Positions 62,140 through 64,000 of a stretch of DNA of 64,000 nt are shown here, one piece after another. Below the pieces are notes generated by a model. That model did not search any database, was not told the origin of the DNA, and was given only the letters and a program-made list of their open reading frames with translations. The number at the start of each line of letters is the position of its first letter. Position 1 is the first letter of the stretch. Source of the stretch: a virus (taxonomy: Duplodnaviria > Caudoviricetes); the IMG/VR virus record IMGVR_UViG_3300048631_000217. One strand, given 5' to 3'. The position numbers and the translations under genes were made by a program.

Positions 62140-64000
62140 TTAGACTGGCGTTGCCGTTATTCTTGTAATGTCGTAATAGGCCCCGGCAGGAGCCGTTCCG
62201 CGCCATGTCGCGCCTACCGTGACTTCTTTTCCGTCAGGAATTACCACACCCGTAATCGTCAATGTTCCGGGACCACTCAAACGTGCTGTAGACACGCCTA
62301 GGTTATCGTAACCGACTCCGACTTGTCCGACACGCATATCAATCTGACCCGAGCCGTTCACTGCGGAAATCTCTAGTGAGAAATCATAGGTTGCCCCGGC
62401 AATTAGACTGCTTCCAATCGGTGTGTATACCGTTGCGAATGCTGTCCCGTTGGGTGTGCATCTGATAGACCCATCGGCAGATTGATATGCGTATGTTGCG
62501 CCTGAAGGATCGGCATAGATGACCGTTGGTTCGGTTGACAGGGTATTATCTACCGTAACCTTCGTTGGCATAGTCAACCAGTTGCTGTAAGTTATAGTAG
62601 ATGCGCCAAGACCGTCATCTACAGTGATTTTACAACGTACGTCTCTGGTATTTGTCGCATCCGACAACAAGGCAGGATCACGAAGCCAAGTCTGAGAAGT
62701 TGCCCCGACAATATCGCTTTCGACACCGGCATTGGTTCTTGTTTGCCATTGGTAAGTTTCGTTTAGAACCCCGTTCTGCCAAAGACCAATACCGGAAACC
62801 AGATTCTGTCTATCGTTCGGCATAGTCCCGGTTAATTCAACATAATCCCAAAACTTAGATTCTTCGGCCCAACGGTAACGATAGAGTTTCGGAATTTCCG
62901 TATTGACGGGTGCGCCCGCAGGTACGGTCCCCCCATCTACAATGTTTCTACGAACGCCTGTGATACCGTTCCATAACGGGAAGTTGACGGACCAAGGCGA
63001 ATACCCTAAACTGTTCTGTCTTCTTTCCTGAATCCATCTTGTTCCGGTGAATGCAATGCTGCCTGTGGTATTTGCTGCAACAGGTGTGGTGAATTGGACA
63101 CCATCATGCGACGTTCTGATTTCCCGCCCGGTCAACGGAATTGTTGATCCTGTGAATTCCGCTACCTTATCAGGAGATAGGGCGGTATAATCGTAATTCG
63201 CCCCGCTCGCAGTAGGAGTCAGGAAACCATTTGAAACAAGGTCAATGGATGTTTGCATAGGCGGCGCGTCTTGGATCGCAATAGCCCCACCACCTTCGGG
63301 CATGGTCGCACGATGCGCGTCCCAAAGGGTCAACACATAATCGTCGGCGTCGTTGCCCCCGGCTGTAAAAATAGGGGTTCTCGACACATTACGCATTTGG
63401 TCCATGACCATAATAGCAGAAAAACGGTTATTTGTATTTGTCCAAGACGCTCTAGGACCAAAGATCTTTTCCCAACCATTTCTGATAAGACCTAAGACCA
63501 TGATACCCGAAATACTCATACCATATGACACGTCGCGATATCTTGCGGTAGGTAACGAGTTTGTGGGGTATTTTGTCGTATCAGGATCAGATAGACCACG
63601 CGAGTCCCAATACCCATAACCCACATGTTCCGGCAACATGGGCTGTTGGTTATGTGCGTTATCTTGCCCCGGTCCCGCAACAGAGTTGAATGGCGCGGGT
63701 AGACCTATATCAATTGCATCAGCCCATCGGTATTGGTCGTTCAGGTTAGAACGCATGGCTTCGGCTAATGTTGAAAATGTCGTGTTATTCGGACATAGCG
63801 CCGAAACGACACTCACACAGAAATGGTCAGCAATAATCTGTCCAGCGCCGCCCCACATTCTTAAACCGCCTTGATAGGCCCCGTAAGCGTCTGTCGCTCT
63901 CATCATGAATCCTGCAAGAATTTCTTGTCGATCCGTCGCAGAAACGTTTGGGTCCATCATGTAAAGGGCGGCGGGGGCTAATAGCTTTCTGATAATGTCT
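62140..64000 (-). CDS. Large beta-rich virion-type protein, 5' end outside the window
   Basis: Frame stays open to the window edge; Ig-like YQWQ...GAT...C.ITV segment; Thr/Gly-rich C-terminus. Confidence 0.7.
   Translation of the reverse strand, partial: DIIRKLLAPAALYMMDPNVSATDRQEILAGFMMRATDAYGAYQGGLRMWGGAGQIIADHFCVSVVSALCPNNTTFSTLAEAMRSNLNDQYRWADAIDIGLPAPFNSVAGPGQDNAHNQQPMLPEHVGYGYWDSRGLSDPDTTKYPTNSLPTARYRDVSYGMSISGIMVLGLIRNGWEKIFGPRASWTNTNNRFSAIMVMDQMRNVSRTPIFTAGGNDADDYVLTLWDAHRATMPEGGGAIAIQDAPPMQTSIDLVSNGFLTPTASGANYDYTALSPDKVAEFTGSTIPLTGREIRTSHDGVQFTTPVAANTTGSIAFTGTRWIQERRQNSLGYSPWSVNFPLWNGITGVRRNIVDGGTVPAGAPVNTEIPKLYRYRWAEESKFWDYVELTGTMPNDRQNLVSGIGLWQNGVLNETYQWQTRTNAGVESDIVGATSQTWLRDPALLSDATNTRDVRCKITVDDGLGASTITYSNWLTMPTKVTVDNTLSTEPTVIYADPSGATYAYQSADGSIRCTPNGTAFATVYTPIGSSLIAGATYDFSLEISAVNGSGQIDMRVGQVGVGYDNLGVSTARLSGPGTLTITGVVIPDGKEVTVGATWRGTAPAGAYYDITRITATPV

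Noticed and set aside
34-64000. Alternative genetic code or suppressor tRNAs
   Set aside because: Core genes are intact in the standard code and no CUA, UCA or UUA anticodon was found.

Overview
A 64-kb segment of a large T4-like (T4-superfamily) myovirus genome, coded almost entirely on the minus strand. The host is probably an alphaproteobacterium, likely Rhodobacteraceae: the GapR homolog resembles that family and tRNA-His lacks G-1 and has A73. The right half is the T4-like core: gp21, gp22, gp23, gp3, uvsY, uvsW, gp55, gp47/46, gp45/44/62, regA, dUTPase, gp43, uvsX, gp41, a lysis cluster, gp61, thyX and an intein-containing class II RNR. The left half is an accessory region with likely counter-defence roles. 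It holds 25 tRNA genes covering all 20 amino acids (several structurally atypical), NAD+ salvage genes (Nampt, NadM-Nudix), a TROVE-like/vWA protein, an HD alarmone hydrolase, NADAR and many small ORFs. Best candidate for an undescribed system: a late promoter, a 20-codon leader peptide and an antiterminator/terminator at 16798-16958, directly upstream of the main tRNA cluster. Leader codons 4-14 specify 11 different amino acids, matching 11 of the 12 nearest downstream tRNAs, which suggests a tRNA-depletion-sensing attenuator. Also notable: three covarying RNA hairpins upstream of the TROVE/vWA gene, and a twin-hairpin motif shared by both NAD-salvage leaders. All calls come from reading the sequence by eye; no searches or folding programs were run.
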